Positions 18,440-32,063 of a stretch of 64,000 nt of DNA are shown here, one piece after another (the first letter of the stretch is position 1; each line of letters begins with the position of its first letter). The notes beneath the pieces were generated by a model. It had not been told where the DNA came from, made no database searches, and was given only the letters and a program-made list of their open reading frames with translations. Made by a program: the position numbers and the translations under genes. Origin of the DNA: Amoebidium appalachense (taxonomy: Eukaryota; Protista; Ichthyosporea); the NCBI GenBank assembly GCA_963693365.1, contig CAVNZM010000006.1, forward strand, positions 248,001-312,000, written 5' to 3'.

Positions 18440-20799
18440 GAGTGGGTGGGCGGGTGGTTGTGGGTTTGAGGGTCTCTGTGTAGTTGAACTGGTTTTATGA
18501 TTGTCACGGCACGCGAGTGTGTGCGTGGGCAGGTGCGTAGGACAGAGGGAAGGGGGGCCAGTAGAGGATTTTTTGGGGGGTGGAAGGGGGGGGGAGGGGA
18601 GGGGGGGGGGGAGGGGGGGGGGCTGGAGGGGAGGGGCTTCGGCCACTAAGGTATGGATCCTTGAGCCACCAGGCCTTGTTCTTGTTTTATAGTTTTTTTT
18701 TCCTTCCTTGTGTGTATGTGTTAGACTGGATCTATGGGTAAATAGGGTTGGTTGCCTTTTTTGGGGAGGGGGTGGAGGGGGGGGGGGGGGGGGAGGGGGG
18801 GCAGTCTGAAAAGAATGGAGGGGAATGTAGGATTACAGTAACCAGGAACTTCATCGTGACAGCCTGGGAAAGGGTGCCTGTTTGCTTGTGCCCGGACCAC
18901 GCCTGAGTAGGCATTGCTAGTCTCACGCAGCTTTCTCTCTCTTGCTCCCCCCCCCCCCCCCCCCCCCCGTCTCTCTTTCTCTCTCGCTCTTTCTCTCTCT
19001 CTCTTCCCCCCTTCCCCCTGCTCTTTCTCTCCTCTCCCAATCCACGCACACACACACTCCCCGCTTTCTCTCTTTCTCTCTCTCTCCCTCCCCCTCACCC
19101 TTCTCTCTCGCTCTCTCTTCCCCCCCCCCTCCCTTCCCCTCTCTCTCTTACACTCTCCTTCTCCCCCCCACACCCCCCTCCTCTCTCTCTCTCTCTCGCT
19201 CTCCCCCGTCCCCCGTTCTCTCCTTCCCCCCCCCCACCCCCACCCCTCCCTCTCTTTCTCTCCCCCCCCCCCCCCTCTCTCCCCACCCCCCCCCCTCCAT
19301 TTATTCTCCTCTCCTTCTCCCTCTCTCTCTCTCTCCATCCCTCTCCCCCTCACCTCCTTCCCCTTCCCCCCCCCCCCCCCCCCCCCTCTCTCTCGCTTTC
19401 CCCCCTACCTTTCCCCTCTCCCTCTTCCCTCTCCCCTCTCTGCCCCCCCTCCCTCAGGCACTCTCTCTCCCTCCATGTCTTTCCCCCTCTCTCCCCCCTC
19501 TCTCCTCCCTTCCCCTTGTCCCTCTCGTCCCCCCCTCGGCCCCCCCCCCCCCCCCCGCCTCTCTCTCTCTCTCCCCCCCCCCCCCCCCCTCTCTCTCTCC
19601 CTCTCCCCCCCCGCTCCACTCCCCCTTTTCTCTTTCTCCCTTGCTTCCTCACTCTCTCACACTCTCGTTCTCCCCTCCCCCCCCCCCCCCCCCCCCCCCC
19701 CCCCATCCCCCCTACCCCCAACCTTCTCCCTCTCTCCCCACCCCCCGCCCACCCTCCTACCCACCCACCCTCCCTCTTCTCTCTTTCTGTCTTTGTGTGT
19801 TTTGGGGCTATGGGTGGGTGGGTGGGTGGGTGGGGGAGGGGGGGACGGGGGGAGGGAGGGGGGGGGGGGGGGGGAAGGGGGAGGGGGTGGGAGAGGGGAT
19901 GTAGTGTAACTGTTATGGGTGCAGGTGGATGGCAAGCCAGGACTGACCAGCCACGGTATAGTCGAAGACTCGGGCATGCTGTCAGCAGGTACGTGTGTGT
20001 GTGTGTGTGTGTGTTTGTTTGTGTGTGTGTGTGTGTATTTGTGTGTGTGTGCGTGCGTGCGTGCGTGTGTGTGTGCGCGCGCGTGTGTGTGTGTGTGTGT
20101 GGAGGGGGAAGGGGGGGGAGTGTGGGGATTTGAATCGAATGGGGGCAGTGGTAGGGGTGACGGTGGGGCTTGGGGTTGTGGGTGTGGGATTGGAGGCAGA
20201 TGTGGTGGTGTGGTGCAGTTGTTTTAAAAAGGGTCTGGGTAAGTGTGCGGGCGGTCGGATGGGTCGATAGTTGGGTGAGTGGCTTGGTGGGTAGGTTTGT
20301 GGATGGATGGGTGTGTGGATGGGTGGGCAGGTTTGTGGATGGATGGGTGGGTGAGGCAGGGGCGGGGTTTTGAAAAGGATCTGAAGTGGGATTGGAGGGT
20401 GGGGGGTTGGGAGGAGCAAACGGCAGGGGGGTTGAGTGAGTGTGCTGTGTCTGTTGAGGGCTGGTTGGGTACCCGTGAGGCTGGGGTGAGCAGGCAGGGC
20501 CAAGGGTGTGAGCGGATTCAAATAAAATCTGTGTGGGTGCTCCCTAGAAGGGACTCCCCCCCCCCTTCCCCCCCCCCCCCCCCCCCCCCCCCCCCCACCC
20601 CCCCCCCTGCACACACACACACACACACACACAGGGTTCCATGACCGACTGGTTTCGCTCAAGAACAAATACTACCCGATAGAGATCGACCCAAAAATAG
20701 ACCTCGACACAAAGTATCAGAAGATGGAAGAGTGGTGCGTACTCCCTATACAGCACCCGGGGGAGGGGGCGTTTTTTTTTTTTTTTTTCCTTCTTTTTT

Positions 20800-20846
<47 letters not shown>

Positions 20847-20978
20847 TGGTGTATGTGGATGATTGGATTGTGCATGTGTGGGTGGGTGTGACCTTGAAGG
20901 CAGGGAGGCACAGTGCCAGCCCAGATGCATATGGGTGCGCTAATTCTTGTCGTTTTTCCTTCCTCCACCCCCCCCCCC

Positions 20979-21009
<31 letters not shown>

Positions 21010-21531
21010 AACACACACATGCACACACACACACGCACACATTTGGATGCTAGGACAAGGCCAGGTCTAGAAGTGTATATGGGTGATGGCAATGAATGAG
21101 TGTTGCCTTCTGCCCACAGTGCCTGTGTTGTGTGGTGCCCCTAGCTGATACTGACACCCCATGCAGGTGGGACCAGGCACACCAGGAGTTTGTGAGAGAG
21201 AGACTCAACAAGGCAACAATTCCAGACATGGTGGCAAAGGCACACGTGGTGTAGGTGCCACAGCCACGTGCACATTTGTGCCCAATCACACAGGCACATA
21301 CATGCATGTGCACAGGCTCACACGCACACCTGCAGATAGGCACACAGTGCACACGGGCTCGAAGTGCATGCACACACGCACACAAAGACAAACACAGTCG
21401 CCTGCATGCACACACACATTGGCGCGTGCACGCACACAAGCACGGAGATGCATGCACACAAACAATCGAAATGCATGCACATACACAGACGCATGCAGAG
21501 GGAGAGAGAAAGAGAGAATGAGAGAGGTAGC

Positions 21532-21567
<36 letters not shown>

Positions 21568-21757
21568 TGCATACGCGCCCGCACATCTCCACAAAAGAAA
21601 TGGGTGCATGATGAAATTCATGCACCCACCTTCACTCATACACATACGCAAGAGTGCACAGGCTCACGCAGTTATGCCGATGGAAATGTACAAAGCATCT
21701 GTACGGTAGGGCGCACATGTGTTGAACCAAGCGAATACACACACATGAACTTAAACA

Positions 21758-21822
<65 letters not shown>

Positions 21823-23492
21823 TGGCCAGATCACGTACATGTGTGCTGCCATGACCCTCGTTCAGTCTGAGCACATACAACGACACCATCTGCACGTGCA
21901 CACACACACACACCTTTCCCCAGGCTGCGGGATGGCACCCAGGAGATGTTTGCAACGTTGCACAGGGAGGGGGTGCCTCTATTGGTGTTCTCGGCAGGCC
22001 TGGGTGGTACGTGTCGGTCCATGGCATGTGTGTGGTCCTGCATAGCCACACACACAGTGCGCCAACTACCATCCACATGGACGTGCACACACAAGCCCAC
22101 ACTCACACATAGGCACACACGGACACACGCTCTCACTTTCTTCCTCTTTTCTTTCCCTCACTCTGTCCTTCCCTCTTAGGGGGGGGGGGGGGGGGGGGGC
22201 TTCACTTTCCTCCCTCTATTTCCCTCGTTCCTCCTCCTCCCCCCGTCTCACTCTTGCCGCCTTCTCGTTCTCTGTCCCTCTCCGCCCGCCTCTTTCCCTC
22301 TCTCTCTTCCTCCCTTCTCCCCCCCCCCCCCCCCCCCTGCGCCACTCTTCTCTTTCCCTCACTCACTAGCCTGTCTCCCTCCCTATCTCTTCCTTCCCTC
22401 CCCCCCCCCCCCCCCCCCTCCCCCCTCCGTTTCCTTTTCCCTCTCTTTCTAGCCCACTCTCCCTTCCCCCCCCCCCCCCCCCCCCCCTTCCCTTCCTCTC
22501 TCTCTCCCTCTTTGTCTCTCTTGTCGCTTTTTCCTCCCTCCCTCCCTCTCACTCTTCTCTCTTTGTCTGCCTATCTTACACTCACTCTCGCCCTCTCATA
22601 CGATCTCTCCCTCTCTCTCTCTTCAACCTCTGTTTCTCTCTCTCTCTCTGTTCTCCCTCCCCCCCCTCCCCCCTCTTTGCCTCCCTCCCCCCCCCCCCTC
22701 CACCCTCTCTCACCCCACACCCCGTTTCCTAATTCACTAAACTCACTTTATCTCCTCTCCAGATGTAATCGAGGAGGTGTTGCGGCAGCAGGGCCTGATG
22801 AGGTACGATAACGTGCACGTGGTGTCCAACTTCATGAAATTCGACGACCAGGGTATGGACCCCCATGGGTTGAGGGAGACGATTAATTATGCACACGCTT
22901 ACATGCACGGGCAGGCACATGAGGCGTTGCTTGGCCTGCCGTACACCAGCACATGCATGGATATGTGCACCACTGTAGCTTAGTCGTTTGCTCCCGAGCC
23001 AGCACCAAGTTTCTTCTTTTTCCCGGGCACTTCACCCCGATCATGTCAGGGCACTCTTAGCATCACATGTGCACCTGCCTTCTTCCAATGTATCTTATAT
23101 CTCCCCCCCCCCCCCTCCCCCAACACACACACACACACACACACACGACCTCCGCCATTGTATACGTCTGTGTGTACCCTTGCATCTCCCGCATGGCCAC
23201 ACTAACCCCCCCCCCCCCCCCCCCCCCCCCCAAAGGCTATGTCGTAGGGTTTCAGGGGCGCAACATCCACGTACTCAACAAGAGTGAGGCGGCCATTCAT
23301 GACACCCCCTATGCTGCTGAGGTAGAGGCACGACACAACGTAATACTACTGGGTGACTCCCTGGGTACTGGACACCTCTCCCTTCCTGCATTCCATTCCT
23401 CAGACATTCACACAGAAGCACACGCACATGTACACACATGCACACACACACATGCGCACGCACGCACACACACACACACACACACACGCACG

Positions 23493-23566
<74 letters not shown>

Positions 23567-24117
23567 GCATGCACAGCATGCACACCTACCACGGGCCTTG
23601 GGTGCCTTTGTGTTACTTTTGTGTGGGTCTCCGTGTGGCATGTGATTGGCCATACGAACATGTGTGGGCCATTGTTGGGGCATACCATAGCCCGGAGGGT
23701 TTGAGGCTTGGAGGATTTTCAATGTGGGAACAGAGCGCTGTGTGCGTGTGCGTGGTGGGGTGGGGAGGGGGGGGGGGAGGGGGAGGGGCTGGAGAGGGGG
23801 GAGGGAGGGGGGGGGGGATCCTTTCTACAAGGAAAAGAGTTGCTGAGAAATGCACGCCTCCCTCCTCCCCCCCCCCCCCCCAAAAAAAAAAAAAAAGGGA
23901 AAAAAAAAAGAAAAAGAAAAAAGATGAATACCTTCGCCTGCCGTCCTGTCTCTGACTAATCAAGCACACCCATGTATACATAAATCCACATACACATGCG
24001 TGACACGTGCCTACACATTAGCACACACATCCTCACACAAACACCTGCACACACACAGGGAAACATACACAGAGGCATGCTCGCACACAACACTCACATC
24101 TTTACAATCACACACCT

Positions 24118-24157
<40 letters not shown>

Positions 24158-24656
24158 CGATGTGCAGATGTCGGAGGGTGTGATGACAGACACGGTGCTG
24201 AAGATTGGTTTCCTCAACGACAGCTGCGAGGTTTCTATCCCCTCCGCCCCAACATGGACATTCAAATTTGCATCCGCATCCCCCTACCACACACACACAC
24301 ACACACACACACACGAAATTTGCACACACACACACACCATACACACATGCGCGCACACCATACACCATATACGCACAGGTGTGCACGGGGGCACGCCCGT
24401 GTGTGTGTGCGCGCACACACACACACACACCTATTCACACACTAGGGCCCACACCACAAGCAAGGAGACCACGTGTCATGGGTTATACAGTGCCTCTGCC
24501 TGTTGCTGCAGGTGATAGCTGAAACAAACTATTGTGGTCACACGTGCGCAGGAAAAACTTCCGCAGTATTCCGCCACGTTCGATCTTGTGGTGCTGGACG
24601 ATGGGCCCATGCATGTGGTCAACGCTATCCTCAAGCCCATGATATCCAGCCAATAA
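18125..24656 (+). CDS. NT5C3: Cytosolic 5'-nucleotidase III / pyrimidine 5'-nucleotidase, paralog A (9 exons)
   Basis: HAD motifs VITDFDRTLT, KYYPIEIDP, MEEWW, LVFSAGLGD, VVSNFM, ILLGDSLGD and KIGFLND are joined by GT-AG introns; stop TAA at 24654. Confidence 0.93.
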
Positions 24657-24921
24657 GAGCTCACCACACGTGCAAGAGCCGGTTTTTTTTTTTGGGGGGG
24701 AGGGGGGGGGGGGGGGGGGGGGGGGGGATGGATTTCTTATGACTACCAGTGGCATGAAAAAAGGTGTCTTTAATTGATTAGTTAATAAGGTTGATTTTTT
24801 TGATGTAGGCTGACCTGTACGTAAAGGTGGGGTTGATCAATGCTGAGTGCTCTATTAGTAATGAGGATGTATGTGTACAGATATGAGGTGTGATGTGGAA
24901 AAACACACGTGTACACACACG

Positions 24922-24978
<57 letters not shown>

Positions 24979-25737
24979 GCAGTGTGCCTAGCTGATGAAT
25001 GTAGTCGTGAAGCTGCCTGCAGGCCAGGCATCCAGAATGAAGGTGATGACGTCATAGCATGTGGACCTGGCCACCGCATAGCCTTTATTGGCGATTTTTC
25101 CGTGCGAGCTATTGGTTTATTGGAATATAATTAGACCTTATCTGGGCAAGAGAAGCAAAGCACGCTATGAGAATCGTAAAACCACACGTGTGCAAGTGTG
25201 CCTACGTCCCTGCGCTTGTGTGCGCGCGCGTGCGCACGTGTGCGTGCTTGTGTTTGCGTACGTGTGTGTGTGTGTGTAAATGTGTTCTTGTGTACGTGTG
25301 TGTTTGTGTGTGCGTCCAACATATCTCTTTTCTACCGGGGACTGACCAGCAACCCCTCTCGTTAGAGCTGAAACATTAAAAAACACAATCAAACCTTCGT
25401 GCCGTCTACATGCATTCTTACTAGATACCATTCTACCTTAAGATATAACCTACAACCAAGATATCCTCAGGCTAAGTACCAGTTTTCTACCAGCCAATGC
25501 CTTTGTCCCATCTTTGCAGGCCTCTGACCATGCATCTCATGCGGTCACCCCTAGGCCCTCTCCGTGTACACTGAAATATCTCCCCCCATAGCTGCTGACT
25601 TGCCCTCATACGTCTACATATCATTAACTGCATAACACAACCCCCTCCCCCCCCCCTGCGTGCCCCCTCCCCTCCCCCCTCCCCCGCCCCACCTCCCCCA
25701 CCCTTTGTATTCTAGCATGTCATAGTACCATAATAGT

Positions 25738-25982
25738 CTACAAATGCGTACCCCCACCTATGTAATCCAGCATGCTATTCACCACCTCCATGCCCCCATC
25801 CCCCAGCAGCACCAGGTCAAACGCTGCCGTGTACTTGTCTAGTCTGTTGCTGACGTCATCGTTCAGGTAGCCCACCCGCAGGATTGTATCATGCTGCATT
25901 CCCTCACTCATTTGGATGTCCGCTGTGCCCAACCCATAACCAATCACTGATATAGCTTCCCCCCCCCCTCCCCCCCCCCTGC

Positions 25983-26019
<37 letters not shown>

Positions 26020-28832
26020 CCACCACCACCACCACCACCACCACCACCACCACCACCACCACCACAACCACCGAACTCCCTCTCACAGCCAGTAAATTCA
26101 TAATCACAAAGGTGCTCATACAAACAAACACTCTGGCAACTGCCCGCATCTGCACGTCTGCACGACACAGACACACTCGAAGCCTCTGTGTACACAGATC
26201 TATAAACCTATCTATCCCTTTTCGTGATTCCCCTTCTTCCCCCCCCTCCCTCCCCGCCTCACCGCCGCGCACCCACCAACCTTACCTCACTCTTCACCTT
26301 CTCCAATTAAACATCACCACTGTCCCCAGCTTCTTATCCTCCTTCGGGTGTGCATTCTGCCGTCTTCCCCTTCCCTCCCCCCCACTCTCCCCCCCCCCCC
26401 CCCCCCCCCCCCCTCGTCATACTTCCCTTCCACCCCCCTCCCCCCATCCCCCCAACCCCCCCCCCTCCCCGCCCACCCTTTCTTCCTCTCTCCTTCCCAA
26501 CTGGTACCACCATCGATCCCCCCCCATTCCCGCCCCCACCACACTCCCCCCCTCCCCCCCCCCACACACACACACCCGGCCACCCACACAGGCAGGGCTG
26601 CATACTCAATGAGTCGCCCAGCAGAATAATGTTGTGTCGTGCCTCGACCTCAGCCGCATATGCAGTGGTGTGGATGGCTGCTTCGTTCTTGTTGAGGGAG
26701 TGGATGAGTGCACCCTCAAACCCAACCAGGTAGCCTGCGTGCTAGGTCAGTGCCCATATGCAGCACATACACGGCAGAGTGTCCCACATACGTAACACAC
26801 ATCACACACATCAAACACATTAAAAACACAAATGCCACACACACATCCAACCCACAACACACACATCACATAACCCTCGCATACATCTCATCTGACATGC
26901 CCATACCACACCATTCCAACACCCATCTAGGAAAAGAAAAAACCAAGGCTCCACTTCCTCTGACCACCCTCCCCCCCCCCCCCCCCCCCCCCCCCCGCGC
27001 ACCTCCAACCTTCCACCACTCCCAGCCAGAGCTCTCTAGGCACCCTGCAAAGGCCAGCTCTGCCTGCAGTGTTCAAATACCGTCAGTGGTAGGTGTGTGT
27101 GGTGGGGGGGTTCAAATACCGTCAGTGGTAGGTGTGTGTGGTGGGGGGGTCCAAATACCGTCAGTGGTAGGTGTGTGTGGTGGGGGGGTCCAAATACCGT
27201 CATCGTCGAATTTCATGAAGTTGGACACCACGTGCACGTTCGGGGCATGCGGCCCCATCACCCCATGGCCCAGCAATATCTCCTGGATGATGTCTGGGGG
27301 TGCAAGTGTGAGGCGGGTGAATGGGCGTGGTGGTGGCGGGGTAGGGGGCGGGGAGGGGGGGGGGGGGGGGGAAGGGGGAGAAGCCCGAGTGTGTGGTGGT
27401 GGTGGTGGTGATGGTGGTGGGGAAGGGATCTGTTGTCAACGGTGACGTAAAAGGAAGAAAAGGCATTACCCCTCCTCCCTTCCCCCTCCCCCCCCCCCCC
27501 CCCCCCCCCCCCAAAAAAAACCTCCCTGGGGGACACTTTCACAGAGCTCATCATCAGAGGGAAGGAGGGGGAGGGGGGGGGGGGGGGGGTTCAAGCACAC
27601 GCACATGTGTGTGTGTGGGACTAGGTAGGTGGGCACAACGTGGTGTTGGTGGATGTCACGCGTGGGTGGATGTGCTGTGGGTGAGGGCAGCGGCTTTTTA
27701 TGTCTGTGTGTGCATGTGCCTGGGTCGCCAGTATAAGTATTGCTGTGTGGATGGGAGCATGGGGATGAAGAGAGCCAACAGGCAGAGAGGCATGGGTTGA
27801 TAGTGTGTGTGTGTGGGTGTTGGGGGGTCATTTATGTGCTGTGTCTGTCTGCCATGCCCACAGCAACCCACTTCCCAGGCCTGCCGAAAACACCAATATA
27901 GGCACCCCATTCCTCGTGAGACACTCGAACATCTCTCGGCATCCTGTACGCAGCCTGCCGGGGGGGGGGGGGGGGGGGGGGAGTTAAAAATGTGTTACAG
28001 AGGACGAAATACCTATTCATGGCGGAAAACATAATGCATTTTTTAAGGGGAGGGAGAGGGGGGAGGGGGAAGGGGGAAAGGGGGGAGGGGGAAGGGGGGG
28101 GGGGGGGGGGTTGAATGCGGAACACTGTACGAAGTACATATACACGACGAGAAGCATGGTGCAGGACACATGCAAAGGCAAACATTCAAGTATTGAACAT
28201 CAGCCACGTGCACAGTATGCGTCATAAGCAGAGCCCATCCTCAGGGAGGGCCCAAGTCATTAATTGTGTCTGAGTTTCGACCCCTTAGCCCGTGTATATA
28301 CGACGCTCCAACTCAGACAGCAGCATCAACTGAACTTGGGTGGGTCAACCCGTCTTGATCAAAGACGAGCAGGGTTGCTTATGCAAGCAAGGTGAGCAAA
28401 ACGGTGAAGATGTGTGTGGGCAAAACTAAAACAGCATGCAGCGAAAAATGTGTATGTGCTTACTGATAAACGACACAAAGCACCCATGCCCGGTTGCATG
28501 GGAGTAAAACTATCTCCACACAGTGGTCTGTCCTGAAAGGACACCTCTGAAAGAAGATTGGAGGGGTTTGAATGCGGAACACGGTACGAAGTACATATAC
28601 ACGACGAGAAGCATGGTGCAGGACACATGGGGGGGGGGGGGGGGGGGGGGGGGGGCGCATTTTTGAGTTGGTGTTGTTGGGTAATGCACATGGTGTCAGT
28701 GTGTGCATGTAAGAGGGAGGGCTTTAAGTATACGGCAGGCTGTGTGACTTTTGAACCACGCAGCCCCGCACAAGCGTAGGCAGAGAAGTTGGCACAGGAA
28801 CACACAAACACACTCGCGGCTAAGTGTGTGTG

Positions 28833-28863
<31 letters not shown>

Positions 28864-31221
28864 TTGTGTATTTGGTTGGGAGAAGGGGGAGGAGCGGAGG
28901 GAAGGGGGCCTACGGGACCGGAGTTTTCTTGACCATCAGGGGCAGCATTCTTTTGTTCATTCGCGCATGGATGTAGGCCTCGTGTGTTTGCTCCCACCTG
29001 GCGTGGAGGAAGGTGTGTGAGAGAGAGAAGGGTATGTGTTTGCACTCTCGGAGACACACAGCCACGCTTAAGTGTGGCTATGTATAAGAAGGTATGTGAG
29101 CTCGTATCGACTACTGCATGGAATCACGGCCATATGTAAGGGGCTAGAGGGGAAAGCGCCACGGGGGAAGGGGGGGGGGGGGGGGGGAGGGGGGGGGAGG
29201 GGGGGGGGAGGGGGGAGGGGAGGGGGGGGAGGGGGGTCAAAGTCTTGACCGATGTGACGAACAGAGGGAGGCAGCCTGTCAAACACACCACATTATAAAG
29301 AGTCAAAGAAGGGTAGGAAATGACCATATTGGTCCAAATAATGGCATGACCCTAACGGTCCAAATAAAGGCATGACCATATAAGGGCACCCACCACTCGA
29401 CCATGTACTTGTACTTTGTGTCGTGGTCCAGGCTCAGGTCTCTCTCCAGCGGCAAGTACTTTTGCAGCAACCCCGTCACCACAGACGCAAACTCTGCACC
29501 AGCCATCTAAAGTCACTAAAACGAACACACCTCCCCCCCCCCCCCCCCCCCCCTCCCCCCCCCCCCCACTCATCCTTCCGCCTCTCCCCTGCAACACACA
29601 CCAGCCACACAACCGCCCGTCTCTTCCCCACCACTTTTCTCCTCGCCTCCAGCCTCCTCCCCCCCGCCGCCAAAAAGACCATCACCAACACAACCATCAC
29701 TATCACCATTGGGGTTGGAGGGGGAGGGGGAGGGGGGAGGTGGCGGGGGGAGTATGTGTGCAACAACACCCCTCCCCCTCCTCCCCCTCCCTCCCCCCCC
29801 CACCCTCCGCCCCTCCCCACAACACAAACACCAACCACACAACCCCCTCACTCCCCCCCCCCCCCCCCCCCCCCCGGGGGCTGCCCCCCCTTTCTCCCCC
29901 CGCCTTCGCCTTTGCTCTCCCCTCCCCTCTCTCCGCCCCCTTCCCCCCCCCCCCCTCCCCCCCCCCCCCTCCCCCCCCCCCCCCCCCCCAAACACACACA
30001 CACACACACACACAACCACCACCACCACCGTCCAGCACCACAACAACCACCAACATCACCATTGGCATTTAGCGGGGGGAGGGGGAGGGGGGGGGGGGGG
30101 GGGGGGGTGTATGTGCCTGGGGTGGCTGCCTGTTCCCAGTGCGAGCACTCGTGTGTGTGCGTGTTTGTCCAGAGGCTTGTGGCGTCTGTGCGTGTGCATA
30201 CATGAGTGTGTGTGTGTGCCCCCACCTGGGTCGTTCAACATTATGCCCTCAGCCACCCCGTGTGACGGCGGTACTTCTCTATCGTTGACCTGCCCACCCA
30301 CCCGTCAGTGCACTCTCTTCTTCCACAAGTCTGTACCAGCACTTGCGCTGTCTTTGCGCACCCACGAGCAATTAATGGGCTCACGGTGGAGCGTGATTAC
30401 ACGGGGAGGGGAAAAAGCGTACACAAAATTTCAAATATGACGCGGTGGGGATACAGGAATAGAAACAGGCGTGAAGGATTGGGGGAGGGGACAAGACCTT
30501 TGAACGCCAATTGAGGTACACACAGTATATTGTAGTTGTTGGCCTTCCCCCTCCCCAATGCACCCCACTTCCCCCGCCCCACACGAATGAACGTTCTAAT
30601 CGTTGTGTGCCCCCCCATCTTTCCCCCCCCCCCCCCCCCCCCCCAACCACCCACCCACTCACCCACCCGCTCCTCCCCCCGCCTCCCCCCCCCCCCCCCC
30701 CCCCTCCCCCCCTTGCCCGCTGCCCCCCCTCCCCCCACCACTCCTCCTCCTCCTACCACCACCACTACCATCACCTCCACCCCCACCACCACCCCCACCA
30801 CCACCACCACCACCACCTTCACCACCACCACCCCGCCCAACCTCGGTTAGACCTAGGAGATTGAGGGGGGGAGGAGAGGAGGAGATACCGAGCATTCGCA
30901 CTCTTAGGCTGCGCGCCAGGAGCCAACGATAGCCTGTGCATGTGACTTGGCGCCGAAACCTATTGATCACGAAAGCAAGGTTCGAGAGAGGGCGCGTAGG
31001 TCGTGAAACGGGCGGGGGACTGGGGGGAGGGGGGGGGGAGGGGGAGTAGTTAGGGAGGGATAGGTTACCTTGTACGGGGCAAGGGTGCGGTCGAAGTCTG
31101 CAATGACCTGCAGGTTGGCATAGCCGCCCTGCCGCAGCTTGCGCAACTTGGCCTGCACTGCCGCTGGGTCCGCAGCCACCACACTGGAGCCCCATTGCCC
31201 TGCGTCCCACGGTGTGTCCAT
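25738..31221 (-). CDS. NT5C3: Cytosolic 5'-nucleotidase III, paralog B (8 exons)
   Basis: Motifs VIADFDRTL, KYLPLERD, MVEWW, LVFSAGLGN, VVSNFM, ILLGDSLTD and RVGYLND; intron positions match paralog A except that the last intron is absent. Confidence 0.92.
27072..27202 (-). repeat. 39-bp tandem repeat (3 units plus partial) that duplicates the exon 6 donor site
   Basis: Unit caaataccgtcagtggtaggtgtgtgtggtgggggggt(c/t); on the minus strand each unit ends TGACG followed by GTATTTG. Confidence 0.85.
28111..28628 (+). mobile_element. G-run-anchored dispersed repeat, subfamily 2: about 457-bp unit plus a head-to-tail partial copy
   Basis: ttgaatgcggaacac.. starts at 28111 and again at 28568; the first ~240 bp are near-identical to 35565-35806. 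A further diverged stub lies at 27983-28040. Confidence 0.8.
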
Positions 31222-32063
31222 TTTTTTTCTTCACTAATGGCCTTTACTGTGAGTAGGGCAAAGCAAACAAGGTAAATTGCCCTTAAACACTTTGACCGTC
31301 ACCGTCAGTCACCGTCGTAAAAGGTTGCACCCGGGCGGCCGGGCCCGGGTGCGATCGAGTTCTCTGTAGAGCAAGATTCTTGTGGGAGTCTGACAGAAAT
31401 GATTTCCATTGACAATGATCGACTATAAAACAGTAAGTATTTAGTAGTTTAATAAAAGTTGGTTAGGATTCTCTTTAGTCCACTTTTCTTGGTAATATAT
31501 GGTTTTCTAATTTATTTATATCTTATTTTATCGTTTTTTTACTGTATTTATCAAGTCCGAACACCTTTTACCCCGTGAAACGGTTTAAAACTAGCCCAGT
31601 AGATGAAAAAGATGGATATTTTTTAAAAGGATTTCGGGATAGTCAATCTGGAGTATTGGGTGACATGGTGCTTATCTAGCCAATCACACGACGTTTTTAG
31701 TAATGCTGTTTCATTGGCTCAAGTTCGCGCTCTTTTCCCTCAGTTCCGCAAAGAGTCAGCATCATGCACACTATCATGCACACAGTCTCTTTCAAGTTGG
31801 CTGGGGTAATATTCTATTTCATAAAACTTGAACACACTGATTATTACACAGGCTTGGCCCTTTTGACTAATTAGGTATTGCCCGTTTTAGGCTTGGGGGG
31901 CTCTTTTTTTCGTCCCGGCCTGCAAGTCCTCAGGGCAGAATCTTTTCAGTTGAAGCCTTAACACCATTTATGAGTAGCTATTTGTGAGATCATCAATGAT
32001 TCGAAAGATCACAACCATCAACCCCAAGTAAATCCCCCGCTGACCCCTACCTCTGCATTCAAC

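Noticed and set aside
28540-28628. Fibronectin type III-like peptide (LEGFECGTRYEVHI) in the repeat
   Set aside because: Short resemblance only, flanked by stops and indels between copies; no full domain.
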